From a virus (Duplodnaviria > Caudoviricetes): DNA of 38,727 nt. The stretch is taken from IMG/VR virus record IMGVR_UViG_3300037478_000411, positions 1 to 38,727 of that record; one strand, given 5' to 3'. The translations under genes were made by a program, and so were the position numbers. Below are positions 1-9,199 of this stretch, in pieces (position 1 is the first letter of the stretch; every line of letters begins with the position of its first letter). The notes under the pieces were generated by a model that ran no database searches, was not told the origin of the DNA, and was given only the letters and a program-made list of their open reading frames with translations.

Positions 1-56
1 GTCTTCCCTTCTAAAATCGGACTCTGAGACTTAAAGAAACCTTGGGAGGTGAACCC

Positions 57-482
57 GTGGCTGGTCATGGTTTTGCTCCGAAGCCCCGCACTGAGCGGCG
101 CAACAAGAATGATGTTCCTGTCCGCGGCGAGTGGGAGGAGGCTCCGGTTGTCGGCTGGCAGCATGGGGACCTGCCGGCACCGCCGGACGGGTTGACTGCT
201 GCTGCGGTGGAGGCGTGGGGCACCTGGTTTTCGGCCTGGTTTGCGGCTCATTGGACTCCTGATGATCTTCCGGGTTTGCGTCAACTGGTCCGACTGTACG
301 ACCAGGTGGAGCGGAACGAGTTTCAGCGGGCGTCGGAGCTGCGTTTGCAGATGGACACTTATGGGATCACGCCGAAGGGTCAGCAGGATCGCAGGTGGAA
401 ACGTCCGACGGTTGATCCGGTGCCTGCTGACGGGAAGGTGATCGAGGGGCGGTGGGCGGACCTTTCGGTCGTTGATGGCTGA
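57..482 (+). CDS. terS: terminase small subunit (actinophage type)
   Basis: GGAGGT RBS before GTG at 57; WxxW...ELRLQMDTYGITPKGQQDRRW pattern; TGATG-coupled to the large subunit. Confidence 0.8.
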   Translation: MAGHGFAPKPRTERRNKNDVPVRGEWEEAPVVGWQHGDLPAPPDGLTAAAVEAWGTWFSAWFAAHWTPDDLPGLRQLVRLYDQVERNEFQRASELRLQMDTYGITPKGQQDRRWKRPTVDPVPADGKVIEGRWADLSVVDG

Positions 483-2026
483 TGTTTGTCCCTCGTGTTG
501 ATGGTGAACTGCCGTCGCTCGGCCAGCAGGTCGGCCAGCATATTGAGCATTATCTGGGTATTGAGCTGACCGACGAGCAGGCGCATCGGCTGGTCCGGCT
601 GTATCAGGTCGATCCGGTTAATGGCCGTCGGGTGATCCGCCGTGCCGGGCTGCGAGCTCCGAAGGGGAAGGGTAAGTCTCCGGAGGGCGGCTATATCGCT
701 TTCGCCGAGTTGACGGGCCCGGTCGTGTTTTCGCATTGGTCGGCGGGCCGTCCGGTGGGGATGCGGCATCCGTCTCCGTGGATCCAGTTGGCTGCCGTGT
801 CGAAGGATCAGACGGACAATATGGGTGTCTGGCTGTTCGAAGTGTTGCGGGAGCGGGAAGCGGAACTGGCTGACCTGCATGTGGATTTGGGTCGGACTCG
901 GATCTACTTGCGGGACCGGCCGGGGCGGATCGAGCAGGTGACGGCGGAGGCTGGTTCTCGTGAGGGGCAGCCGATCACGTTCGCCGCGTTGGATCAGACG
1001 GAGTCGTGGAAGCAGTCGAATGGTGGGGTCCGGTTGGCGGCGACGCTCCGTCGGAATGCGGCGAAGACGGGCGGCTGGACCTATGAGCTGCAGAATGCTC
1101 CTGGTCCGGCGGACGGGTCGGTGGCTGATCTGACGTCTCGGGCGTGGGAGCGGGGTCAGAAGGGTGTCCTGTTTGACACGGTGCAGCCGTCGAAAATCCC
1201 TGAACTTGACGACCGGCCAGCCTTGCTGGCTGCTCTCGCTGAGGTGTATGGGGAGGCGGTCGATCGGGGTTGGGTGAACCTTGAGCGGCTGGCGGATGAG
1301 TGTGTGGATGCTGATACTTCGCCGTCGGAGGCGTTCCGCTACTACTTGAACGTGTCGGTGCCGGCTGAGGAGGCCGCCTTCGACATTGAACTGTGGAACA
1401 GTCTCGCCAAAGATTTCGTAGTGCCGGACGGGGAGCTGATAACCCTCGGCTTCGACGGTGCTCGCTTCTGGGATACGACGGCTCTGGTTGGCACTCATGT
1501 CGAATCTGGGTATCAGTGGGTGGTTGGCATGTGGGAGCGTCCGCCGAATGTGGTCGACTGGACGGTTCCTGAAGCTGAGGTGACGGAGACGCTTGCGGTG
1601 GCTCAGGAACGGTGGAAGGTGAACCGGGTGTATGCCGACCCGCCGTATTGGGAGACGACGATCGACGCCTGGTCGGGAAAATGGGAGAATATTGTCCTCT
1701 GGTGGACGAACCGGCCGAAGTTCATGGCGTATGCGTTGAAGGCGTATACGTCGGCGATGCGTTCTGGTGAATTGTCTCATGATGGGGATCCTCGGTTTGC
1801 GGAGCATGTTCGGAATGCTCGCCGTAAGGAGTCGCCGCAGGCGCGGGATGAGGATGGTCGTCCTCTCTGGGTGATCCGTAAGGAGTCTCCTGATTCTCCG
1901 TTGAAGATTGATGCTGCGATGGCGGGCTGTCTGTCGTGGGAGGCGCGGGGCGACGCGATCGCTGATGGTGTCTTGGAGAAACGATCGAGCGTGTATGAGC
2001 GGCGGGGCCTTGAAACTGTTGGATGA
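482..2026 (+). CDS. terL: terminase large subunit
   Basis: Walker A-like PKGKGKS, AAVSKDQT, Walker B-like ALDQTE, nuclease LGFDGA and C-terminal KIDAAMA. Confidence 0.95.
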   Translation: MFVPRVDGELPSLGQQVGQHIEHYLGIELTDEQAHRLVRLYQVDPVNGRRVIRRAGLRAPKGKGKSPEGGYIAFAELTGPVVFSHWSAGRPVGMRHPSPWIQLAAVSKDQTDNMGVWLFEVLREREAELADLHVDLGRTRIYLRDRPGRIEQVTAEAGSREGQPITFAALDQTESWKQSNGGVRLAATLRRNAAKTGGWTYELQNAPGPADGSVADLTSRAWERGQKGVLFDTVQPSKIPELDDRPALLAALAEVYGEAVDRGWVNLERLADECVDADTSPSEAFRYYLNVSVPAEEAAFDIELWNSLAKDFVVPDGELITLGFDGARFWDTTALVGTHVESGYQWVVGMWERPPNVVDWTVPEAEVTETLAVAQERWKVNRVYADPPYWETTIDAWSGKWENIVLWWTNRPKFMAYALKAYTSAMRSGELSHDGDPRFAEHVRNARRKESPQARDEDGRPLWVIRKESPDSPLKIDAAMAGCLSWEARGDAIADGVLEKRSSVYERRGLETVG

Positions 2027-3990
2027 TTGAGAGGTCCGCCCGGATGAAGCAGTCTTTCTTGGGTCGCCTGTTTGGCCGGCCCGCTCCTGAACAGGCCAAA
2101 TCGGTATTTGAGGGCCTGTCCGCTTCGCCGGAGACGTTGTGGACTATCCGACATGGCGACTTTCTCGGAACCTATTCGGAGATTTACCGGAAGCAGCCGG
2201 CGGTCCGGACGGTCGTCAACTTCCTGTCATCGCAGATCGCCTCTTTGAACGCGAAAGTGTACGAGCGGGTTTCTGATAATGATCGGCGCGAGTTGGATGA
2301 TCATCCGCTGGCGGTCAGGCTGCGAGCTCCGAACGACGAGTCGACCCGGTTTCGGCATATGCGGGATACGGTTGCTGATCTTGCCGTATATGACCGGGCG
2401 TTCTGGTGGAAACAGTTCTCCGGTGGGGAGATTGTCAACCTGCAGCGATTGTCTCCGGCGAAGGTGGATGTTGCCAGGTTGGATGGCAGGTCGGTCTACC
2501 GGCTGGTCGAGTCTGGTCGGGTGATTCCTCGTGAGGAGCTGGTCGTCTTCCAGGGTTATTCGCCGACGGGTGATGATCTGGGCGTGTCGCCGATGGAGAC
2601 TTTGCGTCGGGTGTTGGCGGAGGAGCGGGCTGCCGTGTTGAACCGGGAGATGATGTGGCGGAACGCTGCCCGTCAGAGCACAGTGCTTACTCGGCCTCCC
2701 TCACCCCCAGCTCCGGAATGGTCGGATGAGGCGCGGGAACGGTTCCGTTCCGACTGGGAAGCGACGATGACCGGGGCGCCGAATTCTGGTCGGACGGCCA
2801 TTCTCGAGGACGGGATGACGGCGAACACCTTGTCGGCTTTCTCTCCGAAGGAGGCGGAGTATGTTACCGGTCGGAAGCTCACCTACGAGGAAGTAGCCTT
2901 GGCTTATGGTGGCGCTCCGTTGGCTGCTCTGGTGGTCGGCCAGTATTCCGGGTCAGGATCGTCGCTCGAATCGTTTCACACGCAGCTCTACCAGGATGTG
3001 CTTCCACCGTGGCTGCGGATGCTGCAGGATGAGATCGAACTTCAACTGCTTCCGAACTTTGACAGTGTGGGTGGCCGACGTCGCATCTACATCGAGTTCA
3101 ACCTGTCGGAGAAGCTGAAGGGGTCGTTCGAAGAGCAGGCTTCGGTTTTGGCGACTTCGGTTGGTGTCCCGTTTATGACGGTGAACGATGCCCGGTCCCG
3201 GCTGAACATGCCGATTGTTGACGATGACATTTTTGACGTGCCGGTCATGCCGATGAACGTCATGTACGGCGGTCAGCAGTCCACGCAGGAGCCGACCGCA
3301 GATCCGTCAACCCCGCCTGGCATGTTGTCCCGGTCGAAGGCGGTGGCTCCGCGGAGTGTGATCCGCCGTCGCGACGAGACGGCCGGTGAATATGAGAGAT
3401 TGTTCCGGGACCATTTCGCCCATCAGGAACGGTCGATCGTTTCCGCGGTGAAGGCGAAGGCTGATATTCCGGCGTCCCGTTGGGAGTCGTGGGATAGGAC
3501 ATTATCCGACCTGATTTTTGAACGGTCCGCGCAGACGACCCGTCGGATGGGTGAGCTTGCCGCTGCTCAGATCGATGGGGTCTACGATCCGCCTCGGACT
3601 CTCCCCTATCTGGTGGAACGTTCCCGCATCCAGGCTGAAGGTGTGAACAGTGTCACCCGTGAGGCGGTGGAGGCTGCCGCGGATGTTGACGAGCTGGTGC
3701 ATGTGTTTGATGTGGCGAAGTCGTCGCGTGCGGAGAAGTTGGGCGTGGGGACGGCGACGGCGCTGATCGGTTTTGCTCGGATGGAAGCGGCGAAACATTC
3801 GCAGGATGCGGACGGGAAAGTGCGGACGAAAACGTGGGTGGTCACCTCCGGGAATAGTCGTCATCCAGAGATGGACGGTGACACGGTTCCCGTCGGGGAG
3901 ACTTTCTCAAACGGAGCGCTGTGGCCGGGGGATCCGTCTTTGGGCGCCGACCAGACCGCCGCCTGCCGTTGCCTGCTGCTGATCAACTGA
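2023..3990 (+). CDS. HK97-type portal protein fused to a C-terminal MuF/gp7-like minor head domain
   Basis: Portal motifs (GVSPMETLR, NSGRTAILEDGM, LPPWLRMLQDEI, TVNDARSRLNM), then KTWVVTSGNSRH...WPGDP...CRC typical of MuF. Confidence 0.88.
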   Translation: MIERSARMKQSFLGRLFGRPAPEQAKSVFEGLSASPETLWTIRHGDFLGTYSEIYRKQPAVRTVVNFLSSQIASLNAKVYERVSDNDRRELDDHPLAVRLRAPNDESTRFRHMRDTVADLAVYDRAFWWKQFSGGEIVNLQRLSPAKVDVARLDGRSVYRLVESGRVIPREELVVFQGYSPTGDDLGVSPMETLRRVLAEERAAVLNREMMWRNAARQSTVLTRPPSPPAPEWSDEARERFRSDWEATMTGAPNSGRTAILEDGMTANTLSAFSPKEAEYVTGRKLTYEEVALAYGGAPLAALVVGQYSGSGSSLESFHTQLYQDVLPPWLRMLQDEIELQLLPNFDSVGGRRRIYIEFNLSEKLKGSFEEQASVLATSVGVPFMTVNDARSRLNMPIVDDDIFDVPVMPMNVMYGGQQSTQEPTADPSTPPGMLSRSKAVAPRSVIRRRDETAGEYERLFRDHFAHQERSIVSAVKAKADIPASRWESWDRTLSDLIFERSAQTTRRMGELAAAQIDGVYDPPRTLPYLVERSRIQAEGVNSVTREAVEAAADVDELVHVFDVAKSSRAEKLGVGTATALIGFARMEAAKHSQDADGKVRTKTWVVTSGNSRHPEMDGDTVPVGETFSNGALWPGDPSLGADQTAACRCLLLIN

Positions 3991-4073
3991 CTCCGGATCT
4001 CCGGATAAACGACTGTCCAACCCGGCCCACCCGGCCCACTCCCATCCCGACTCACCGAACCGAGGTGAACATC

Positions 4074-4988
4074 ATGCCTACTAAGCAGAGCGTCCACGAC
4101 GTTGAATTCAAAGCCCTGTCGAACGGGTCCGGTGATACCGGCCAGTTCGAAGCTCTCGTTTCCATCTTCGGCAACGTAGACCATGGCGGCGACCGCGTCG
4201 TCAAGGGTGCCTTTACTGATTCGATCACAGAACTGCGCGAGAAGGGCGATCCACTGCCCATCCTCTGGTCTCACTCGTGGGGCGATCCGAACGCTCATAT
4301 TGGTTTCGCACGTCCCGAGGACATTGAGGAGACCGACCAGGGGTTGAAGGTCAAAGGCCAATTGGACATTGAGGAGAACCAGTTTGCCCGCCAGGTCTAC
4401 AAGCTGTTGAAGGAGCGTCGGGTCAAAGAGTTCAGCTTCAGCTACGACATTCGTCGGGAGAAGCGAGCGAAGGACGGTGCCAACGAATTGCTGCAGCTCG
4501 GTTTGATCGAGGCGGGTCCGACACTGAAAGGCATGAATCCTGATACGGAGTTGCTTGGCGTCAAGGCTGACCTGGAGGCTGCTGCTGCGAAATCCGAGGC
4601 TGAATCTGAGGACGCCGAGTCCGTTGAGGAGCATGTCTGCTCCTGCGGGAAGGCCCACGAACTGGGAACCGCTTACGTCGACCTTGTTCCTCGCATTGTT
4701 AATGAGGAAGCGAAGGCTTCGGACGGGATCACGTTCGGCACCGGATACATCGACCTAATGGTCCGCCCGGACGGTGAGAAGGCTGGCCGTCGGATTTCTC
4801 GTGCCACCGAATCAGAACTACGCGGTGCCATCTCCACGCTTCGTGCGGAGATTGACCGTCTTGAAGGTTTGCTGCCCGCTGAGGACAGCGATGATGAGAA
4901 GAGTGAAGTCGAAGACGATGCCCCTGCTGGTAAGTCGATAGACGACGTGAATCTCAAAGCCCGGTTGTTGATCGACCGGCTCCGCTGA
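4074..4988 (+). CDS. HK97-family prohead protease with acidic C-terminal extension
   Basis: GAGGTG RBS before ATG 4074; FGNVDHGGDRVVKGAF, LWSH, FSFSY, LIEAGPTLKGMNP motifs. Confidence 0.9.
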   Translation: MPTKQSVHDVEFKALSNGSGDTGQFEALVSIFGNVDHGGDRVVKGAFTDSITELREKGDPLPILWSHSWGDPNAHIGFARPEDIEETDQGLKVKGQLDIEENQFARQVYKLLKERRVKEFSFSYDIRREKRAKDGANELLQLGLIEAGPTLKGMNPDTELLGVKADLEAAAAKSEAESEDAESVEEHVCSCGKAHELGTAYVDLVPRIVNEEAKASDGITFGTGYIDLMVRPDGEKAGRRISRATESELRGAISTLRAEIDRLEGLLPAEDSDDEKSEVEDDAPAGKSIDDVNLKARLLIDRLR

Positions 4989-5011
4989 ACCCACTCCGGG
5001 TTCACATTTCC

Positions 5012-5036
5012 AGCCCGCCAACGTGGCGGGCTTTTT
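5012..5036 (+). terminator. intrinsic terminator-like hairpin upstream of the major capsid gene
   Basis: AGCCCGCCA-acg-TGGCGGGCT followed by a T run. Confidence 0.65.
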
Positions 5037-5058
5037 CATTCCTGAAAGGAGTCCCATC

Positions 5059-6330
5059 ATGGCGCAGAGCGCAAGGGACTATCTCGAGGGTGAGAGGAAC
5101 GCCAAACTCGACGCCGCTCAGGCGATCGTCGACAAGGCGGACGCTGAGAAGCGTTCTCTCGCCGTTGAGGAAACCGATCAGATTAAGGCTCTCACCGAAG
5201 AGGCCGAAGAGATCGGACTTCGTATCAAGAAGTTCGACGAGGACGCCAAGATCAAGAGTGGTCTTGACGAGATGCGTGGCTCTGTCCAGGCTCCCGGCGA
5301 ACGTGCCAAGCGGCACGCCCGGTCCATCGGTGAGGCTTTTGTCGAATCGGATGCTTACAAGCTGCTCGTTGAGCAGGGTGGTTTGAAGTCTGCCAACTGG
5401 CGGACCGGTCCTGTCGAAGTCCCCTTCGGGTGGAAAGAGGCAGTTCCCGCCGAGGTTCTGGAGACTGCGAACAGTGGTGACGCTGTAATCGCGCAGGTCC
5501 GTCCTGGTATCCAGGCTCTCCCGATGGAGCGGTTGACGGTCGCCGACCTGATGCTGTCCGGTACGACCAACTCGAATTCGGTGTTGACCATCGTTGAAGA
5601 GGGTGGGTCGGCTGGTTCGGTGAACGCTGCTGACACGGTGACTGAGACCGCGCTGAAGCCGATCTCTCGTCTCCGGTTGGAAGAGGTTCCCGAGGCTGTC
5701 AGGAAGATCGCCACGATCCTTCCTGTCTCCGACGAAATGTTGGAGGATGTGCCGGCGCTCCGTTCGTTTATCGACGGTCGGCTCCGTGCCTACATTCAGC
5801 GTGCCGAGGAGGATCAGCTTCTGAACGGTTCTGGCACTCCGCCGGACCTGTCCGGAATTCTGGACCGTGCCATTCAGACTGCCACTCAGGCGTCGCTTGC
5901 CGGCAACGCGCATGAGGCCGTGTTCGAGGCGATTACTGCCATTCGGAACGTGTTCGCTGAACCGTCCGGTGCTGTGATCAACTCGACCGACTGGGCGTTC
6001 ATCCGACTTGCGAAGGATCTGAACGAGCAGTATTACGGTGGTGGCCCGTTCACGGGCGCCTACGGGAATAGCCCTGTTGCGGCTAACAGCCTGTGGGGTA
6101 TCCCCGTCGTGGTCACTTCGGCGATTGCCTCCGGGACGATCCTGGTCGGTGCGTTCTCAACGCAGGCTCAGGTCTTCCGGCGTAGTGGTCTGACTGTGGA
6201 AGCGTCGAACTCTCACGACGATTACTTCCGTCGGAACCTGACCGCTATTCGCGCTGAGGAGCGGTTGGCTCTGGCTGTCTACCAGCCCGACGCCTTCTTC
6301 GCTATCACCAGCGTCGAGGAAGCCTCCTAA
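5059..6330 (+). CDS. major capsid protein, HK97 fold, with N-terminal coiled-coil delta domain
   Basis: AAAGGAG RBS; KIATILPVSDEMLED, EEDQLLNGSG, LWGIPVV, FRRNLTAIRAEERLALAVYQPDAF. Confidence 0.95.
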   Translation: MAQSARDYLEGERNAKLDAAQAIVDKADAEKRSLAVEETDQIKALTEEAEEIGLRIKKFDEDAKIKSGLDEMRGSVQAPGERAKRHARSIGEAFVESDAYKLLVEQGGLKSANWRTGPVEVPFGWKEAVPAEVLETANSGDAVIAQVRPGIQALPMERLTVADLMLSGTTNSNSVLTIVEEGGSAGSVNAADTVTETALKPISRLRLEEVPEAVRKIATILPVSDEMLEDVPALRSFIDGRLRAYIQRAEEDQLLNGSGTPPDLSGILDRAIQTATQASLAGNAHEAVFEAITAIRNVFAEPSGAVINSTDWAFIRLAKDLNEQYYGGGPFTGAYGNSPVAANSLWGIPVVVTSAIASGTILVGAFSTQAQVFRRSGLTVEASNSHDDYFRRNLTAIRAEERLALAVYQPDAFFAITSVEEAS

Positions 6331-6352
6331 TCCGGCTGAGGGGGCGGCAGCA

Positions 6353-7027
6353 GTGGACATTGTCTATGTTGTTGCTGCCGCCCCCATGTCCGGGTCTGCG
6401 ACTGGTGAACTCCGCTATTCGTTGAGGTCGCTGGTCAACCTGCCACATGATCGGGTGATCATTGCCGGTTGGAAACCCGACTGGATTCGAAACGTCACGT
6501 ATGTGTCGACTGTCCAGTCGAAGGGCCGTTGGGAGAACGCGTTTCGCAATTTGAAGGCTGCTCTCCCGCATGTGTCGGACGATTTCGTCCTGATGAACGA
6601 CGACTTTTTCATTATGCGTCCCGTCGATGAGATGCCTGTCTTCCATGGGGTGGCCTGGTCTCCGACCGTGAGAGCGCGGAATACGGAGTATCAGCGGGCG
6701 AAACTGTCCGTCTGGCATATTTGCACGGAGGAGGGGATTGCTGATCCTGTCTCCTATGAGCTGCATGTTCCCCTGCCGATGAACCGGCATCTTCTCGAGC
6801 GGAGTCTGGCCAGGGCGAACGGGTTCAGGGTTGCCGGCTATCAGCGGAGTCTCTACGGGAATTTGAACCGGATTGGAGGCTCCCATATGGACGACGTGAA
6901 GGTGATCTCCAACCGTGCTGACATGGACAAGCCGTTCCTGTCCACCAACGAGGCCAGTTTCAAGGGTGGGAAGGTTGGCGAGCTGATCCGGGACACGTTC
7001 CCTGAACCTTCGCCCTACGAATCATGA
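6353..7027 (+). CDS. Stealth-family-like (hexose-1-phosphate) transferase
   Basis: MDIVYV, ELRYSLRSL, KPDWI, FVLMNDDFF and HVPLPM resemble Stealth conserved regions. Confidence 0.65.
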   Translation: MDIVYVVAAAPMSGSATGELRYSLRSLVNLPHDRVIIAGWKPDWIRNVTYVSTVQSKGRWENAFRNLKAALPHVSDDFVLMNDDFFIMRPVDEMPVFHGVAWSPTVRARNTEYQRAKLSVWHICTEEGIADPVSYELHVPLPMNRHLLERSLARANGFRVAGYQRSLYGNLNRIGGSHMDDVKVISNRADMDKPFLSTNEASFKGGKVGELIRDTFPEPSPYES

Positions 7028-7686
7028 GGGTGGTCGTGTGTGTCCCTTATCGGGGGACCGACGAGTTTCGGACTCGTGCCTGGGAGTATGTGCGGGAATG
7101 GTGGCATCAGTTCGACTGGCCGTTGAGTGTGGCGGAGGGCCCGCCTGGACTGTTTAACCGGTCGGCTGCACGGAATCAGGCTGCCGCCCGGGCTGGCGAC
7201 TGGGATGTGGCCGTGTTTGGTGATGCGGACACGGTTGGCGAACCGGATCTGGTACGTAAGGCGGTCCTATCTGCTTCTGACGGTTGGCTTGCCTACCCGT
7301 TCACAGAGTTTCTGGGACTGTCTAGGGGGGGAACCATCTCGCTGCTGCAGGGTGGTTTGGATCTGGCGGTGACGAAACGTATGTCAGGTTCGCCGGGTGG
7401 GATTCTTGCCGTTCCGCGGGACCTGTTTGACGAGGTTGGCGGATTCGATGAGATGTTCACTGGCTGGGGTTATGAGGATCTGGCCTTCGCGTATGCGGCG
7501 GGAACGTTGGGTGGGGTTCACCGGGAGGATGGGATGATCACTCACCTGTGGCATCCGAACGCCGGTGAGAAGCGGGATGCGATCGCTGGGAAGAGTGGGA
7601 ATCGGAGACGGTCGGAATTGTATCGGGCGGCGAACGGGGATCCGGTGATGATGCGGATTCTCCTCGAAAGCCTGAAAGAACTGTGA
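7024..7686 (+). CDS. GT-A glycosyltransferase (GT2/GT7-like)
   Basis: VCVPYR, FNRSAARN, DxD motif (GDAD), GGFDEMFTGWGYED, HLWH. Confidence 0.88.
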   Translation: MRVVVCVPYRGTDEFRTRAWEYVREWWHQFDWPLSVAEGPPGLFNRSAARNQAAARAGDWDVAVFGDADTVGEPDLVRKAVLSASDGWLAYPFTEFLGLSRGGTISLLQGGLDLAVTKRMSGSPGGILAVPRDLFDEVGGFDEMFTGWGYEDLAFAYAAGTLGGVHREDGMITHLWHPNAGEKRDAIAGKSGNRRRSELYRAANGDPVMMRILLESLKEL

Positions 7687-8540
7687 CCCTGTTCTTCGGC
7701 CAGCAGCATGCGACCACTGGCCCCTGGTTTCACGAACATTACGGCCAGGCCCATTCGATTCCTGTCGGAGACTTCCCGCATACTAGAGCCTTAGCGGGCG
7801 ACTATGGGGTCTACCTGGATTATCTGCGGGTCTCTTGGGACTACTACGGCCGGGAGAACACGGACCGCACCAGGCGCGCCCAGTTGGACCGTCTGCTATC
7901 CGGCGGGCCGGGTCCGGTGAAGACGGTCCGTCGGCCTGACGGGAATCGTCTGATTGTCGACGGGAACCATCGTGCCGCCGTCTCTTATGCGGCTGGTGTT
8001 GAACCGGAGATTGTGGAAGTGTCCACCGCTGACTGGCTGCGGCGGGTGACCACAAACCGGGGGGAACGGTACGGCAGCCAGCCAGGCAAGCCCTACCAGT
8101 CAGTGTTCCACGACGGATACGAGTGGGTGGAAGGGCGACGTCGGGACACGCTGGCCCGTCATGAGACGATCGGAGAGTCTGATGTTTTGGATTTGGGCTG
8201 CAATATTGGCGCTGCCACTCTTCTTGCTGGCGGCCACGGCGTGGATTCTTCTCCGAAGCTGGTCACTTCCGCCTGGCGTCTGGCCGGATTCTTCGCCTCG
8301 CCGGCCACCTTCCAAGTCGCCGATCTGAACGAGATCGTGTTCAACGGTGAGACGGTCTTCTGTTTCGCAGTGGTCGCCCATCTGAAACGGCTAGATGCTC
8401 TCCGGAAAACGCTGGGTGGAGCTCGGGTCGTCTACTTCGAAGAGAACGCGGGGAAACGGCAACTGTCCAAAGTGGTCGACCTGTTCTCCCATGTGGAACG
8501 GCTCGACGGGGAACGTCCCTTATACCGGTGTGTCCCGTGA
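7683..8540 (+). CDS. ParB/Srx-like domain fused to a class I SAM-dependent methyltransferase
   Basis: LIVDGNHRAA in the N-half; VLDLGCNIG and GVD in the C-half. Confidence 0.7.
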   Translation: MTLFFGQQHATTGPWFHEHYGQAHSIPVGDFPHTRALAGDYGVYLDYLRVSWDYYGRENTDRTRRAQLDRLLSGGPGPVKTVRRPDGNRLIVDGNHRAAVSYAAGVEPEIVEVSTADWLRRVTTNRGERYGSQPGKPYQSVFHDGYEWVEGRRRDTLARHETIGESDVLDLGCNIGAATLLAGGHGVDSSPKLVTSAWRLAGFFASPATFQVADLNEIVFNGETVFCFAVVAHLKRLDALRKTLGGARVVYFEENAGKRQLSKVVDLFSHVERLDGERPLYRCVP

Positions 8541-9199
8541 AAGCCTACTGGCATCGGGAGCGCCGCGGTCCGAACTTCGGTGACATGCTCACCCCTTGGC
8601 TGCTTCCCAAATATGGGATTCCGGTCCGATGGGCGCAGGCCGGTGAAGCCGACTTCTTCGGAGCCGGGTCGATAGCAGCCCGTATCCCGGCAGGGTTTTC
8701 CGGCTGGGTGTGGGGTACTGGCAAGCTGAAAGCCGACCAGCAGATCAACCTCACCGCCGCTCGAGTGTTAGCCGTTCGGGGCCCGCTCACCCACGAGGCT
8801 GATCTGTATGCGGATCCTGGACTGTTGGCAGGATTGTATGCGCCGGCTGAGGAGAAACGTTGGCCGGTTGGGGTCATCTCCCACTACATCGAAGACCTGC
8901 CCCATAAGGGGAAGCGGATCAGCATTCTCTCCGCCCCGGAGGAGATCATCCGTGCTGCCGTCCGCTGCGAACGGATCGTCACGAGCTCGCTGCACGCTCT
9001 GATCCTGGCCGACTCGTTGGGCATTCTGAACATGTGGGTCTACTCGTCGAAGGTGATCGGCGAGGGCTTCAAGTTTCGGGATTACGCCGCCTCGTACGGC
9101 CAGACGATTGAACCGGACGTGTGGCGTCTCGCTCCACAAGAACAGGTAGCCGAAAAGCAAGCGGCACTCATCAGTGCCCTAGATAAGGAGAAACTCTAA
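8537..9199 (+). CDS. polysaccharide pyruvyl transferase family protein
   Basis: NFGD, GAGSI, WGTG, AVRGPLT, DPGLL, TSSLHALILADSLGI, FKFRDY; GTGA overlap with the upstream gene. Confidence 0.88.
   Translation: MKAYWHRERRGPNFGDMLTPWLLPKYGIPVRWAQAGEADFFGAGSIAARIPAGFSGWVWGTGKLKADQQINLTAARVLAVRGPLTHEADLYADPGLLAGLYAPAEEKRWPVGVISHYIEDLPHKGKRISILSAPEEIIRAAVRCERIVTSSLHALILADSLGILNMWVYSSKVIGEGFKFRDYAASYGQTIEPDVWRLAPQEQVAEKQAALISALDKEKL

Noticed and set aside
1-41. cos site / physical genome end
   Set aside because: Plausible by position before terS, but no sequence feature here supports it
380-1807. 475-aa minus-strand ORF
   Set aside because: Antisense shadow of terL, Arg/Pro-rich with no motifs; expected from GC-rich codon bias
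3921-4073. N-terminal extension of the prohead protease in the ORF track
   Set aside because: Overlaps the portal gene and a C-rich spacer; the good RBS is at ATG 4074
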